Positions 40,801-50,710 are shown, numbered from the stretch's first letter. The stretch is 64,000 nt of DNA from Alphaproteobacteria bacterium (GCA_965248835.1 CBDFLJ010000002.1:1760001-1824000); one strand, 5' to 3'. The notes: generated by a model not told the origin, from the sequence alone. Numbers and translations: made by a program.

Positions 40801-41748
40801 GGCGGGCATTTTGGAAATTCCATTGAGGGCGATTTTGGAACGGGCCTCGAAGGGGTCGTTTCGGACCCGCGCCCACTCCGTCAGTGTCTCGGCGAGGAGA
40901 CGGTGACCGTCCGAACGATCATACAGGATCGGTTCGACGTTCTTTGCGAGCCATCCATTCCGTGCTCTCTCGATCCCCTCGGACGAGCCATCGTGATCGG
41001 CAAAGGCGTAGGCTTTCTCGATTCGCGCGCCTTTGTCGCGTTCCGCGGCCAGCGCATCGACCAAATAGGCCATCACTGGATCACTGACGCTGTAGCCCAC
41101 GAAGAGGACGGTGAATTCGCGAAACAGTTCGGCGACAAATCGTGCCGCCCATCGCTCGGTCAGATATGCACGCCCGAAGTCCGCTGCCGTGAGGACCAAG
41201 TTCGAGCCGTCGTCCCCTTCGACGATCCGTCCATGCAGGTGCACTAGACTCGACCAGCTGTGTCGCTTCGGCACAGGCAGTTTGGGAGCTGCGTCAACGA
41301 GGGGTTTGACCGGCACAGCTTCGACAAATCGGTTGTCGAAGTTCGTGGTTATCAGGCGAACCCCGTGTTCGGTTCGACCCAGTTCGATCAGTGCCCTGTG
41401 AACACTGAGTTCACCGGATGGCGGTTTCGAGAGGCGTTCGATAACCGTTCGCCGCAGTGCCTGGGGTCCGAGACGATTCGGTCGCTCCAGTAAACCAAGC
41501 GCCTTATCGAAAAACGGCCGTCTACGGTTTTCGTTTGGCTCATCACAGTCGAGGGCCTCTGCCTCGACCGCGTCGGGGATCATGCCGTTCTTGGCGTATA
41601 TGTGCTTTACGAGTTCTGCGAAGCTGGGAAGTTTGGAGTTCCGATCCATCGAGACGCCGGCGCCGCAAAAGAAGACAACGTCGCCGCTGTCGGCCTCATT
41701 CATGACGCTGACGGGAATTGTTGGACCGTTGGACACCAGTTCAGGCAT
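37898..41748 (-). CDS. Defence-associated sirtuin, Dsr1-like (SIR2 domain plus long C-terminal region); C-terminus frameshifted by a 146-bp duplication
   Basis: NGP.IP, VVFFCGAGVS, LITTNFD, AP.LP.PK...W..LVHLHG, DFG.AYLTERWAARFV.ELFR and FVGYS..DP motifs. The native C-terminus is in ORF 37898-38131. Confidence 0.85.
38023..38314. repeat. Exact 146-bp tandem duplication
   Basis: 38023-38168 is repeated at 38169-38314. Confidence 0.95.
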
Positions 41749-41787
41749 GACGGGTATTCTCCACTCTCCGGCGTGCGAGAAAGAAGT

Positions 41788-41997
41788 TCATCGAGCAACC
41801 GAGAATAACTTCATAGAGTTGGCGTCCAACTCCGGCTCATCCCATCTCCGGGCGACCGTCTCCCAGCGACCTATCGCGTCCTGAAAGCGCAGATCGTCGG
41901 CCAACAGGTGAAACGCGTACAGCCAGTTGACGACCTGCTTCATCAGATCGCGCACCGTATCGGCCATTCGGGGAATCCAATGCCTAGGGAGATGCAA
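41788..41997 (-). other. Short ORF or gene fragment of unknown origin
   Basis: 69-aa ORF between the endonuclease fragment and the SIR2 gene; no recognised motif. Confidence 0.3.
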
Positions 41998-42547
41998 TGT
42001 ACGAATTCCGCAGTCCCATCGTGGCTCCGATACGTCTTTCGCGCTCCCGTTCCCACGCCGCGACCGGATCGGACTCGTGCCATTTCAGCAATTTGGCCTG
42101 TGCCATTCTCACTTTCACTCCATACCGGTCCGCCATATAGAGCATCGCTCGGGCAATCTCACCCCGAACGCCATCTGCGGGCTCAGACACCTTCGGCCGG
42201 CCTCCCACCTCAAAATCACACGCTCCATACTCCCGCGTCTCGCCCTCGACAGCGCCGAACGAGTGAGCGGAACGATCGCCGTTCACCTCGCCTCCGGCCG
42301 GAAAGAGGTTGTGGGGGTCGGTGTAGGCCGCCATGAACGCAGGATCCACGCCTCGCTTGGCGCAGCATTTCCGGCTCTTGAACGGCGTGCCGTCCGACTT
42401 CACGCAGAGCCCGGGACCCTCGGTCCAGCATGAACGCTCCCGCCCGAACCAGGACGCCGGCACGACGTGTTCCCACTCGATGCGATCGGAGCATCTCTCG
42501 TTGCTGCGGGCCTCGAGACTGCAGGCCACTCGGTCAATGTCGCCGCC
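41984..42547 (-). pseudogene. Endonuclease I (EndA/Dns-like), N-terminally truncated
   Basis: IEWEHVVPAS.FG, D.HNL.PA.GEVNGDRS, RG.IARA.LYM..RY and DPV..WE..R motifs; signal peptide and N-terminus missing. Confidence 0.82.
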
Positions 42548-42767
42548 CGAGCTGGCCGGCGGAGAAGACCCGCACGTCGACCCGGTTGCCGATGCGCCGC
42601 TCGACGTTCTTCTCGAAATTGATCATCCACTGGTGGACGGTGTCCTTGATCGTCACCGAACCGATCTTGATCTCGATCTTGTCCTTGGCCCACGCGCCGG
42701 ACGCGAGGACGAGCGATGCCGCGAGGTAGGCGACGAGCGTGCGAGTGGGGGTGAGGATCGACTTCAT
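42534..42767 (-). pseudogene. DctP (TRAP substrate-binding protein) N-terminal fragment
   Basis: Signal peptide, then IKIGSVT..D..HQW...F...VE......V.VRVF.AGQLG, then a stop. Confidence 0.75.
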
Positions 42768-42938
42768 TCTCCATTAGCGGACCGATCCCCGGGGCGGATC
42801 GTGCGCGACGTTCCCGGCGGAGGAACGATGACATCGTGGGCGAGGCCGGCAAATTTCGCCCCTTCTCCGGCGCGGTTGACTTGCCGAACGGGGTTGCTAC
42901 CGTTGCCTGGAGCGAACCGTTCTGGAGGTCCGCGGTCG

Positions 42939-43667
42939 ATGCGCTGCCTGGTATTTCTCGCAACCTGGCTGCTGGCGAGCGCCGCCTGGGCCCAAACCTG
43001 CGGCCAGATAAAAGTCGCCATCGACGCCCCCGGCCTCGATTGGTCCACTGAAAACGAGTTCCGCGAACGCTTCGTCGCGGCGGCGAACAAGGTTTGCGAA
43101 TGGTGGGGGCCGACTTACACGAAGGGATTCGAAATCGTTGTCGACCGCTATCGCGGCCCTTCGATGGCGCTGGTCCCGGCCTGGCGCGGCAGCCGTGGCA
43201 GTATGATCTTCCGTTCCCCACGCGTCCGGCAATCGGCCTCTGCGATCGTCCACGAAGTCACCCACGTTCTGGCACCCAACGCGAATCGGTTCCTTGCCGA
43301 AGGCTTGGGGGTTTACGCGCAGGAAAAGCTGCGCGGCCAGGCTGCCTTCCCGAATTTCGGACGCGACCTGCATCGGGAAGCCGCGAAGCTCGCCGAGAGC
43401 GCAGATATCGCCGAACTGGAGCGCTATGCGACCCCGAAGCGCCTCCGGTCCGGAGCGTTTGACGAGCGTGAAGCCTATATCGTCGTCGGATCCTTCGTCC
43501 GGTATCTGATCGAGACCTACGGGCTGGAGATGTTCCGAGAACTCTACGCCCTGACGCCTCTGGTCCCCCGGGGACGGGACGCCGGCGACCCCGGTCGCTG
43601 GGACAGGATCTACGGAAAATCGCTGTCGGCGCTCGCCCGGGAGTGGAAGTCGATGCTCAAGAAGTAA
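42939..43667 (+). CDS. Secreted HEXXH metallopeptidase-like protein (gluzincin/peptidase MA-like)
   Basis: Signal peptide; IVHEVTH...FLAEGLG.Y and AY...GSFVRYLIETYG motifs. Confidence 0.75.
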   Translation: MRCLVFLATWLLASAAWAQTCGQIKVAIDAPGLDWSTENEFRERFVAAANKVCEWWGPTYTKGFEIVVDRYRGPSMALVPAWRGSRGSMIFRSPRVRQSASAIVHEVTHVLAPNANRFLAEGLGVYAQEKLRGQAAFPNFGRDLHREAAKLAESADIAELERYATPKRLRSGAFDEREAYIVVGSFVRYLIETYGLEMFRELYALTPLVPRGRDAGDPGRWDRIYGKSLSALAREWKSMLKK

Positions 43668-43796
43668 GGGAGACCTCCCGCCCTGGCCCGCCGTTTCGCC
43701 ATAAGCGGGACCCGGTCGGTTTGAAGCAGGCTGTGTCGGCCTGCGCCGACCATGACGCGCTGGGGCGCGGCGGGGCCGGCGCGGCCTCGCCGCCAA

Positions 43797-43871
43797 CATC
43801 GCTGGTGCGCCTGGAAGGTCCGCCTCATCCACGCCTCCAACCCGGGCTGGGACGACTCGTTCGAGACGCTG
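43797..43871 (+). pseudogene. Possible GIY-YIG nuclease C-terminal remnant
   Basis: HRWCAWKVRLIHASNPGWDDSFETL resembles the W.R.WK..LIE..NP.W.DL consensus. Confidence 0.45.
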
Positions 43872-44026
43872 CCTCCCACCGTAAGACGCAGAACCATCGG
43901 TGCTGAGGGGCGTTACGGCCGTTGTCCGGGAGTTCCGGCTCTCCCATGCGCAGGTGGAATCCCTATTTGCCGCCGCGCCGGTCCGCATTCTCTACGCGGT
44001 TGACAGACCGGCGCCGGACACGGGAC

Positions 44027-44503
44027 TTACTTCGCCCGGTCCGTCGGGGACGGGTTTCCGTGGCTCAACTTGGCCGCGACGCAAGATTGCACGATTTCCC
44101 ACGTTTTTCTCCAGCGGGATCGTTTCGTCCATGCCGAATACCAGACCGCGCGGTCGTCGACGACAACGGCCCATCGCGGCGCCCCACTCTTGATCTTCAG
44201 CGTGTCGCGGACCCATTTCAGGTCTTGCGGCCATCGCGAATCGTAGGCGGTATCCCTGTAGGTATAGGCCGCGACCTGGCGCCACTTGATGTGCCTCCAT
44301 TCCCGACTGGCCTCGATTCTTGCCATGTGACGATTGTACCAGGCGAAGCACGGCGGGCAATTCCAGGCCGAGATGTAGACGACGGTGATTTTCGAGTCCG
44401 GCCTGACATGGGGAGTACACGTGTCCAACTCGGCAGAATCGGACTTCGTCTGGACGAACAGGATCGCCGCGCCCAAAACGCTTGCCAACAGCATTCTGAA
44501 CAT
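44027..44503 (-). CDS. Secreted thioredoxin-like (CxxC) protein
   Basis: Signal peptide; YISAWNCPPC and G.P.W motifs; AGGAGG RBS. Confidence 0.7.
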   Translation of the reverse strand: MFRMLLASVLGAAILFVQTKSDSAELDTCTPHVRPDSKITVVYISAWNCPPCFAWYNRHMARIEASREWRHIKWRQVAAYTYRDTAYDSRWPQDLKWVRDTLKIKSGAPRWAVVVDDRAVWYSAWTKRSRWRKTWEIVQSCVAAKLSHGNPSPTDRAK

Positions 44504-44749
44504 CGTCCCCTCCTAGTCTACGGTCCCATTTTGGCCGCGATCTCTTCAGTAGCGCGGCACCTTCATCGAGCTGACACTGCATTTTACTTCATATGCAGGC
44601 GTCGGGGAAAGATCGCAGCGGGGCAATGGGCTTTCCTTTCCGTTATGGTCGGACGCAGAGCGCAGCGAGGCCTTGCGGGCCTCGGCGTCGAATCTCCAGG
44701 GCCGGATCGGCCGGTTGCTGACCGCGATCAAGGAAGGCATCGATCCCAA

Positions 44750-44930
44750 GAAGGCGGCCGCAGCCTGGTGCCACAGCGCTGGCCGATCCCGAGCAGCGGC
44801 GCCAGATCCTCCGCCGCCTGGGCGATCTCCTCCCATCCCGGCTGTTCCGCCGTCCTCGGCAGGTGCTCCAGAAACCGCTTGCCGGCCGCCTCCAGCACGC
44901 TCAGGACGGACACGTGCTGGATGCCCGTGT
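44750..44930 (-). pseudogene. Possible RepC (repABC replication initiator) C-terminal remnant
   Basis: PGWEEIAQAAEDLAPLLGIGQ/LWHQA (frameshifted) resembles the RepC C-terminal W..L..AA..L...LGI....W..A pattern. Confidence 0.4.
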
Positions 44931-45073
44931 CGGGCCGCCACACTCGGCACAAGTGGGCGGCCCTTCTGATTCAGCGATCAAATCCGACGACTCGCGAGGC
45001 AACCCCGCCGTTGCCCCGGAGCTTGCCAAGCTTCACTCGCGATTCTAGGGTACCGAGGAGTCGGATGAAAAAC

Positions 45074-45150
45074 TGGCGCGCCCGGCAGGATTCGAACCTG
45101 CGACCTGCGGATTAGAAGTCCGCTGCTCTATCCGGCTGAGCTACGGGCGC
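45074..45150 (-). tRNA. tRNA-Arg(TCT)
   Basis: 77-nt cloverleaf GCGCCCGTAGCTCAG...GCGGA-CTTCTAA-TCCGC...GTTCGAATC...CCA. Confidence 0.97.
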
Positions 45151-45235
45151 GTGGCGGCATCTGCGGCCGTTTCTACACCACCACGGCCGGGGCCGCATCC
45201 TTCTTGGGCGCCCGCCCGGCCGTGACCGGAAGACG

Positions 45236-46366
45236 GTGAACATGGCCGAAGATCTCCTTGCGTTCTCGCCCGACTATGCGGCGGCCCGCCAAAAATTCCG
45301 ATCCGCGGCGGACCGGGCCGACGCCGGGCTGGAACGCTACGACCACCCGGCGGTCGGGCCCGGCGGCGTGGCGCTGTCGACCGATGTGGCGACTCTCGGT
45401 GCCGCCGATGCGAACCGGGTGCTGCTGGTCAATGCCGGCACCCATGGGGTCGAGGCCTTCGCGGGCTCGGCGATCGAGATCGCCTTTCTCTCCGCCGGTC
45501 ACCGGATCCCGGACGATGTCCGGGTGGTCCTGATCCATGCGATCAACCCGCACGGCTTCGCCTGGCTGCGCCGGGTGACCGAGGACAATGTCGATCTGAA
45601 CCGCAACTTCATCGACCACGCGGCCGCCCGTCCGGCCAACCCGGAATACGCTGCGCTGCATCCGCTGATCTGCCCGGCGCGCCGGGACGAGGAGAGCCTG
45701 GCGCAAAGCCTGCGCGTCCTGGAAGACTATGTCGCAAGGCACGGCGCGTTCGCGCTGCAGTCGGTCCTCACCCGCGGCCAGTACGACCACGCCGAGGGCA
45801 TCTTCTACGGCGGCACGGCGCCGACCTGGTCGAACCGGACTTTTCGGGCGATCGCCGAACGACATCTTTCCGGTGCCCGCCTGATCGCTTTCATCGACCT
45901 TCACACCGGGCTCGGCCATTACGGTGCTGCGGAGATGATCGCCGGGGCGAGCGCGGAGACGCCCACCGGAAGGCGGCTGCGCGCCTGGTACGGCGATGCG
46001 CTGACTTCGCCCTCCGCCGGCACCTCCTCGTCTGCGCCGTTGCGCGGGGTGATCGCGAGCGCGGTGCGGGCAGCAGCCGGCGGCGCCGACGTGGTCAGCG
46101 CGACGCTCGAGTTCGGCACCTACCCGGTGCGGGTGGTGCTGGATGCGCTGCTGGCCGACAACTGGGTCCATGCCCACGGCGATCCGGAAAGCGCCGAGGG
46201 GCGGGCGATCAAGGCGCAGACGCGCAAGGCGCTCTTCCCCGACGAGGACGACTGGAAGGAATTGGTGCTGGTCCGCGGCCGCCAGATCCTTGGCCACGCG
46301 TTGGCCGGTCTGGGCGCGGACCGGGACCCGGCGCTCAGACCAGAAACGCGCGGACCGCCGCGATGA
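45236..46366 (+). CDS. M14-like metallopeptidase (DUF2817)
   Basis: GTHGVE, INP.GF...RR..E.NVDLNRNF, D.HTGLG and LEFGT motifs. Confidence 0.88.
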   Translation: MNMAEDLLAFSPDYAAARQKFRSAADRADAGLERYDHPAVGPGGVALSTDVATLGAADANRVLLVNAGTHGVEAFAGSAIEIAFLSAGHRIPDDVRVVLIHAINPHGFAWLRRVTEDNVDLNRNFIDHAAARPANPEYAALHPLICPARRDEESLAQSLRVLEDYVARHGAFALQSVLTRGQYDHAEGIFYGGTAPTWSNRTFRAIAERHLSGARLIAFIDLHTGLGHYGAAEMIAGASAETPTGRRLRAWYGDALTSPSAGTSSSAPLRGVIASAVRAAAGGADVVSATLEFGTYPVRVVLDALLADNWVHAHGDPESAEGRAIKAQTRKALFPDEDDWKELVLVRGRQILGHALAGLGADRDPALRPETRGPPR

Positions 46367-47174
46367 AGTCCTCCGGGTTGTCCTCGAAGACCATGTGCTC
46401 GGCGCGCTCGATCTCCACCAGCCTCGCCTCGGCGATGGTCTCGATCATGCGTTGGGCGACGTCACGGTCGAGGATGTCGGTCTCGGTTGCGCGCACGACG
46501 AGGGTCGGACAGGTGATCTTCTCCAGGGCTGGCCACAGGTCGAGCGGCGGGATCGGATCGCCGCGCCGCCGCGCCTCGCGGATCTCGCGGTCATACCGCC
46601 AGCCGATCCTGCCGTTGGGCAGCGCACGGGTCGCGTAATATTCGCGCCGGTGCATGACCGACGCCGACGCGTAGCGGTTGAACTGCGTCATGTAGGCGAT
46701 CGCATCGTCCAGCGTGTCGAATTCCTCGGGGACGTCGATCAGCTCCTTGGCGATCCGCTGGCCGCCCTTCGGATTGACCTGGGGCCCGAACTCGCTGAGG
46801 ACGAGCTTGTCCAGCATGTGCGCATGCGTGTCGGCGAACGCCATCGCGTTGCGCGCGCCCATCGAATGGCCGATCAGGATGAATTTTTGCAGCCCGACAG
46901 CGCGGCAGAAACCCACCAGGTCGCCGACGAAGGCATCGACGCCGTAATCGCCGTCGGGCGCCCAATCGGTGCCGCCGCGGCCGCGCTGGTCGAGCGCGAG
47001 CATGTGGAAATCCGCACTTAGCGCCGCCGAGACGTCGTCCCAGGAATGGGCGTGACCGCGCAGCCCGTGCAGCAGGACGACCGCGGTCTTGGCCGAGTTG
47101 CCCCAGTCCAGGTAGTGCATCTTCAGACCGCCGATGTCGACGGTGCGGTCCTGCGGCTCGATGACGGTGCTCAT
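46335..47174 (-). CDS. Alpha/beta hydrolase
   Basis: LLHG, DQRGRG, GHSMG nucleophile elbow and C-terminal His. Confidence 0.9.
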   Translation of the reverse strand: MSTVIEPQDRTVDIGGLKMHYLDWGNSAKTAVVLLHGLRGHAHSWDDVSAALSADFHMLALDQRGRGGTDWAPDGDYGVDAFVGDLVGFCRAVGLQKFILIGHSMGARNAMAFADTHAHMLDKLVLSEFGPQVNPKGGQRIAKELIDVPEEFDTLDDAIAYMTQFNRYASASVMHRREYYATRALPNGRIGWRYDREIREARRRGDPIPPLDLWPALEKITCPTLVVRATETDILDRDVAQRMIETIAEARLVEIERAEHMVFEDNPEDFIAAVRAFLV

Positions 47175-47193
47175 TGCGCCCCCGATCGGTTGT

Positions 47194-47502
47194 TCAATGG
47201 GTCCAGCTCCCGGTGCGGGTGTAGCTGAAATTCTCGGCATAGGTCTTGGGCGCGATCTTGCGCTCGCGCGCCGGCTCGACCTCGTAGCTCAGCCCATGGC
47301 GCTCGGCGAACGCCACCGCCTCGCCGCTGGTGGCGAACTCGAGCCTGACCTGGCACCGCGTGTCGCCGCGGCCGGCCCAGCCCATCAGCGAATCGCGGCG
47401 CTGGGCAAGCTCCGTGGAGAACTCGAGCACCCAGGCCCTGGTCCGGGCCCGGCCGGACTGCATGGCCGTCTTGGCCGGCCGATAGATCCGCACCTCGCTC
47501 AT
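47194..47502 (-). CDS. Complex I accessory subunit (NDUFS4-like)
   Basis: RIYRPAKTAMQSG, LMGW...D...QV.L.F and YAENF motifs. Confidence 0.93.
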   Translation of the reverse strand: MSEVRIYRPAKTAMQSGRARTRAWVLEFSTELAQRRDSLMGWAGRGDTRCQVRLEFATSGEAVAFAERHGLSYEVEPARERKIAPKTYAENFSYTRTGSWTH

Positions 47503-47604
47503 CCGATCCTCCGCGTGGTTCCTGCCGGCGGTGCGACGCAACCGCGCGATCCAACTCAAGGTTAGGCGCAAAAGCGTCTGCGATCCAAGCCCCGGAAACT
47601 CGGC

Positions 47605-48594
47605 TCAACGGTTGACCCGCGCCATACCGTCCTCGGGATAGCGCGTGCCCGAAGCCGCGCCCACGGGGAAGGCGGCATTCAGCGCCTGGAGATCGGCGGG
47701 CGCAAGGGCGATCTCCGCTGCCGCGATGTTCTCTTCGAGGTGCGCGCGGGTCTTGCAGCCGGGGATGGGAAAGACATGCTCGCCCCGGTGCAGGAGCCAG
47801 GCCAGCGCGACCTGCGCCGGGCTCACGCCGAGCCCGCCGGCCAGAGCCTCCAGGGTGTGGACCAGCGCACGGTTGGCGGCGAAGTTCTCTCTTTGAAAGC
47901 GCGGGAACTTCGAGCGGATGTCGCCTTCGGGCAGGTCCCCGGACGCGGCGAACGCGCCGGTCAGGAAGCCGTAGCCAAGCGGCGCATAGGCCATCACCGC
48001 CATGCCGGCGTCCTTGCAGGCCGTCAGATGACCGTCCTCGGGATCGCGCGACCACAGGGAATATTCGATCTGCAGCGAGATCAGAGGATGGACCGCGGCC
48101 GCGCGCCGAACGGTCGCAACTGCGGCTTCGGACAGGGCGATGAACCGGGTCTTTCCCTGTTCGGCCAGCCGGGCCATCGCACCCACGGACTCCTCGATCG
48201 GCACCGAAGGATCGACCCGCGACAGGCAGAACGCATCGAGCGCCTCGATGCCGAGGTCCTTCAGCGACTGCTCGCACACCGCACGCAGCCGCTCCGGCGC
48301 GCCGCTGCCGTGCGCGTGGCTGCGCCCGCCGCGGTCGCGGATCGAGCCGGTCTTCGAATGGATGAAAACCCGATCGCGGCGGCCGCGGACCGCGCGCCCG
48401 ATCAGGCGGTGATTGTGCCCCTGCCCATAGCTGGCCGAGGTATCGAGCAGCGTGATCCCGCGCTCGACCGCACGGTGGATGGTGGCGATCGACTCCGCGT
48501 CATCGGCCGCCCCGTAGGCCCCCGACATCCCATAACAGCCGAGCCCGATCCGCGAGACGGCAGGCTCGCCCAGCCCGAACGGCCGATAGTCCAA
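47605..48594 (-). CDS. Aldo/keto reductase
   Basis: IGLGC.GMS..YG, DTS..YG, QIEYSLW.R and PIPG......LEEN motifs. Confidence 0.92.
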   Translation of the reverse strand: MDYRPFGLGEPAVSRIGLGCYGMSGAYGAADDAESIATIHRAVERGITLLDTSASYGQGHNHRLIGRAVRGRRDRVFIHSKTGSIRDRGGRSHAHGSGAPERLRAVCEQSLKDLGIEALDAFCLSRVDPSVPIEESVGAMARLAEQGKTRFIALSEAAVATVRRAAAVHPLISLQIEYSLWSRDPEDGHLTACKDAGMAVMAYAPLGYGFLTGAFAASGDLPEGDIRSKFPRFQRENFAANRALVHTLEALAGGLGVSPAQVALAWLLHRGEHVFPIPGCKTRAHLEENIAAAEIALAPADLQALNAAFPVGAASGTRYPEDGMARVNR

Positions 48595-48645
48595 TCCGTT
48601 ACCTATGTCTTCGGGTCGGAACGTGCTCCGAGCCTCTGATTGAAT

Positions 48646-48722
<77 letters not shown>

Positions 48723-48795
48723 GACCCTGCAACCGCCCGGGTTTTAAGGTGAATCGCGCCGCCCCGCAACTCACCGGTGCGGGTGGGCGCCGGGC

Positions 48796-49092
48796 TCACG
48801 CGGTGCCTTGCGCCGGGCCGCCGAGATTGTCCTCGGCGATCCTGAGCTCGATGTCATCGAGCAAGCGGCCGAGCGCGGTCTCGACATCGTCGCGCTTGAA
48901 GCCTTCCTCGAGCAGGACCCCGAGCAATTCCGCAGCGCCGTTGAGCGCGACCGAGTAGCGCGGCAAGTCGTTGTTGACCTCCCAGGCCGCCGCCGCCGGC
49001 AGCAGGGCGATGTGGACCAGGTCCTGCGCGCGGCACACCGGACAATGCTCGCCGGGGTCGTGCTCGACCAGGTCTTCCAAGGTGATCTTCAT
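48796..49092 (-). CDS. Hypothetical acidic protein with an HCxxC motif
   Basis: 98-aa ORF with host-like codon usage and a GGAG RBS. Confidence 0.65.
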   Translation of the reverse strand: MKITLEDLVEHDPGEHCPVCRAQDLVHIALLPAAAAWEVNNDLPRYSVALNGAAELLGVLLEEGFKRDDVETALGRLLDDIELRIAEDNLGGPAQGTA

Positions 49093-49246
49093 GCGAACCG
49101 CTCCGCTCCGGCCGAAGGTCGAGCGGCGATCATAGCAGCAAGTCGGTAAATCTTCGCGCGTGATCGTCCCGCATGGCAGTTCCGGACCGGCTTCCATACT
49201 ATGCGGTGCGCCGCCGCACCGACGGCGTGCTTGACAAGGTATCTGA

Positions 49247-49918
49247 ATGGCTCTCTCCAACGAATTGATCCCAAACGAAATTCATCGCTATCTCGTGGCC
49301 CATTCGGTGCGCGAACCCGAGCCGTTGCGCGGGCTTCGCGAGGCCACCGCGCTGCGGCCCGATGCGGAGATGCAATCGCCGCCGGAGGTCGGCCAGTTCC
49401 TGGCACTGCTGGTCGAACTGACTGGTGCGCGCAAAATCCTCGAACTCGGCACGTTTACCGGCTACGGCACGCTGGCCATGGCCCTGGCGATGCCGGCGGA
49501 CGGGCGGATCGTCGCCTGCGACGTCAATGTCGATGCGCATCGGCTGGCTCGCCGGTTCTGGGGTGAGGCCGGCGTGGCCGGCAGGATCGAACTTCGGGTC
49601 GGCGAATGCGCCGATGCGATCGCCGAACTGATCGCCGAAGGCTGTGAGGCGAGCTTCGATTTCGCCTTCATCGACGCCGACAAGCCGGGCTACACCGACT
49701 ACTACGATGCCTGCTTCACCCTGCTGCGGCCGGGCGCGCTGATGGTTTTCGACAACGTGTTCATGCGGGGCGCGGTGGCGCAGCAGACACCCGGCCGGCG
49801 CTACACCGCGGCGATGCAGCGCTTCAACCGGCGGCTCCACGCCGATGAACGCATCTCGCTGTCGATGCTTCCGCTCGGCGACGGGTTGACCCTTGCCCGC
49901 ATCCGCCCCAGAGCGTGA
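49247..49918 (+). CDS. SAM-dependent O-methyltransferase (CCoAOMT/COMT-like)
   Basis: LELGTFTGY, FDFAFIDADK, DNV and LGDGLTL motifs. Confidence 0.92.
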   Translation: MALSNELIPNEIHRYLVAHSVREPEPLRGLREATALRPDAEMQSPPEVGQFLALLVELTGARKILELGTFTGYGTLAMALAMPADGRIVACDVNVDAHRLARRFWGEAGVAGRIELRVGECADAIAELIAEGCEASFDFAFIDADKPGYTDYYDACFTLLRPGALMVFDNVFMRGAVAQQTPGRRYTAAMQRFNRRLHADERISLSMLPLGDGLTLARIRPRA

Positions 49919-50005
49919 CGCCGCCGCGTTGACCAGTATCGGAGCATGGTCCGCGCGCCGGGTTGAGCCGCGATATTGGGACGCCGGTGCGCCTGACCGA
50001 AACGT

Positions 50006-50548
50006 TCAGACGGCGTCCGCCGCGATCCCGAAAGTGTCCTCGCGCCAGGCGTCGACCTCGCGGAAGCTCGGATCGCCGCCGAACCGCTCGCGTGTGACGC
50101 GGTCGATCCCGGCGTCGTCGAGCGCGAAGTCGAGCACCTCACGCTGCGGCTGGACGACGTAATACGGCGTGTCGATGAACACTTCCAGCCGGTTGCCCTC
50201 CGGGTCGCGGAAATAAACCGACCAGGCGTTGCCGTGATCGACCGGGTCGATATCCTCGACATCGTGCGCGACGAGGTGCTCGTAGTATCGCCGCAGTTCG
50301 GTGACGCTTGCGAGCTTGAGCGAGATCTGGTTGATCACGTTGAACGAGCCCGCGGGCCGTCCGGGCACCAGAACGATCTGGTGATGATCGCTCGGGTTGC
50401 GGCTGAGGAACAGGAGCTCGGAGTCGCGGAACGGGCCGCGATCGGTGACCTGGAAGCCGAGCACATCGGTATAGAATGCGGCCACGGCCTCGATGTCGGT
50501 GACGTGAAGGCCGATATGGCTCATCGTCCAGCGCGGCAGTTCGCTCAT
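50006..50548 (-). CDS. VOC/glyoxalase family protein
   Basis: SHIGLHV.D, FY..VLGF, HHQI and HGNAWSVYF.DPEGN.LE motifs. Confidence 0.9.
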   Translation of the reverse strand: MSELPRWTMSHIGLHVTDIEAVAAFYTDVLGFQVTDRGPFRDSELLFLSRNPSDHHQIVLVPGRPAGSFNVINQISLKLASVTELRRYYEHLVAHDVEDIDPVDHGNAWSVYFRDPEGNRLEVFIDTPYYVVQPQREVLDFALDDAGIDRVTRERFGGDPSFREVDAWREDTFGIAADAV

Positions 50549-50710
50549 CCCTCGTCCTTCCCAGGAGCCGTTCCAGATCCGCTATCCTAAAGTACGACCG
50601 TGCCGGCGCGAAGGCATTTACGCGGCCCGCCCGGGCTTCTATAGCTTGGGCTCGGGGAACCGTCCCGCCGGAACGGCCCGGGCGGTGCCGCATCCGCAAA
50701 CGGAGGTGAG

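Larger units (their letters stand above)
37564..45085. mobile_element. Decayed genomic island integrated at the tRNA-Arg(TCT) 3' end
   Basis: CTGGCGCGCCCGG at 37564-37576 and 45073-45085; lower-GC cargo, a defence gene and many gene fragments. Confidence 0.65.
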
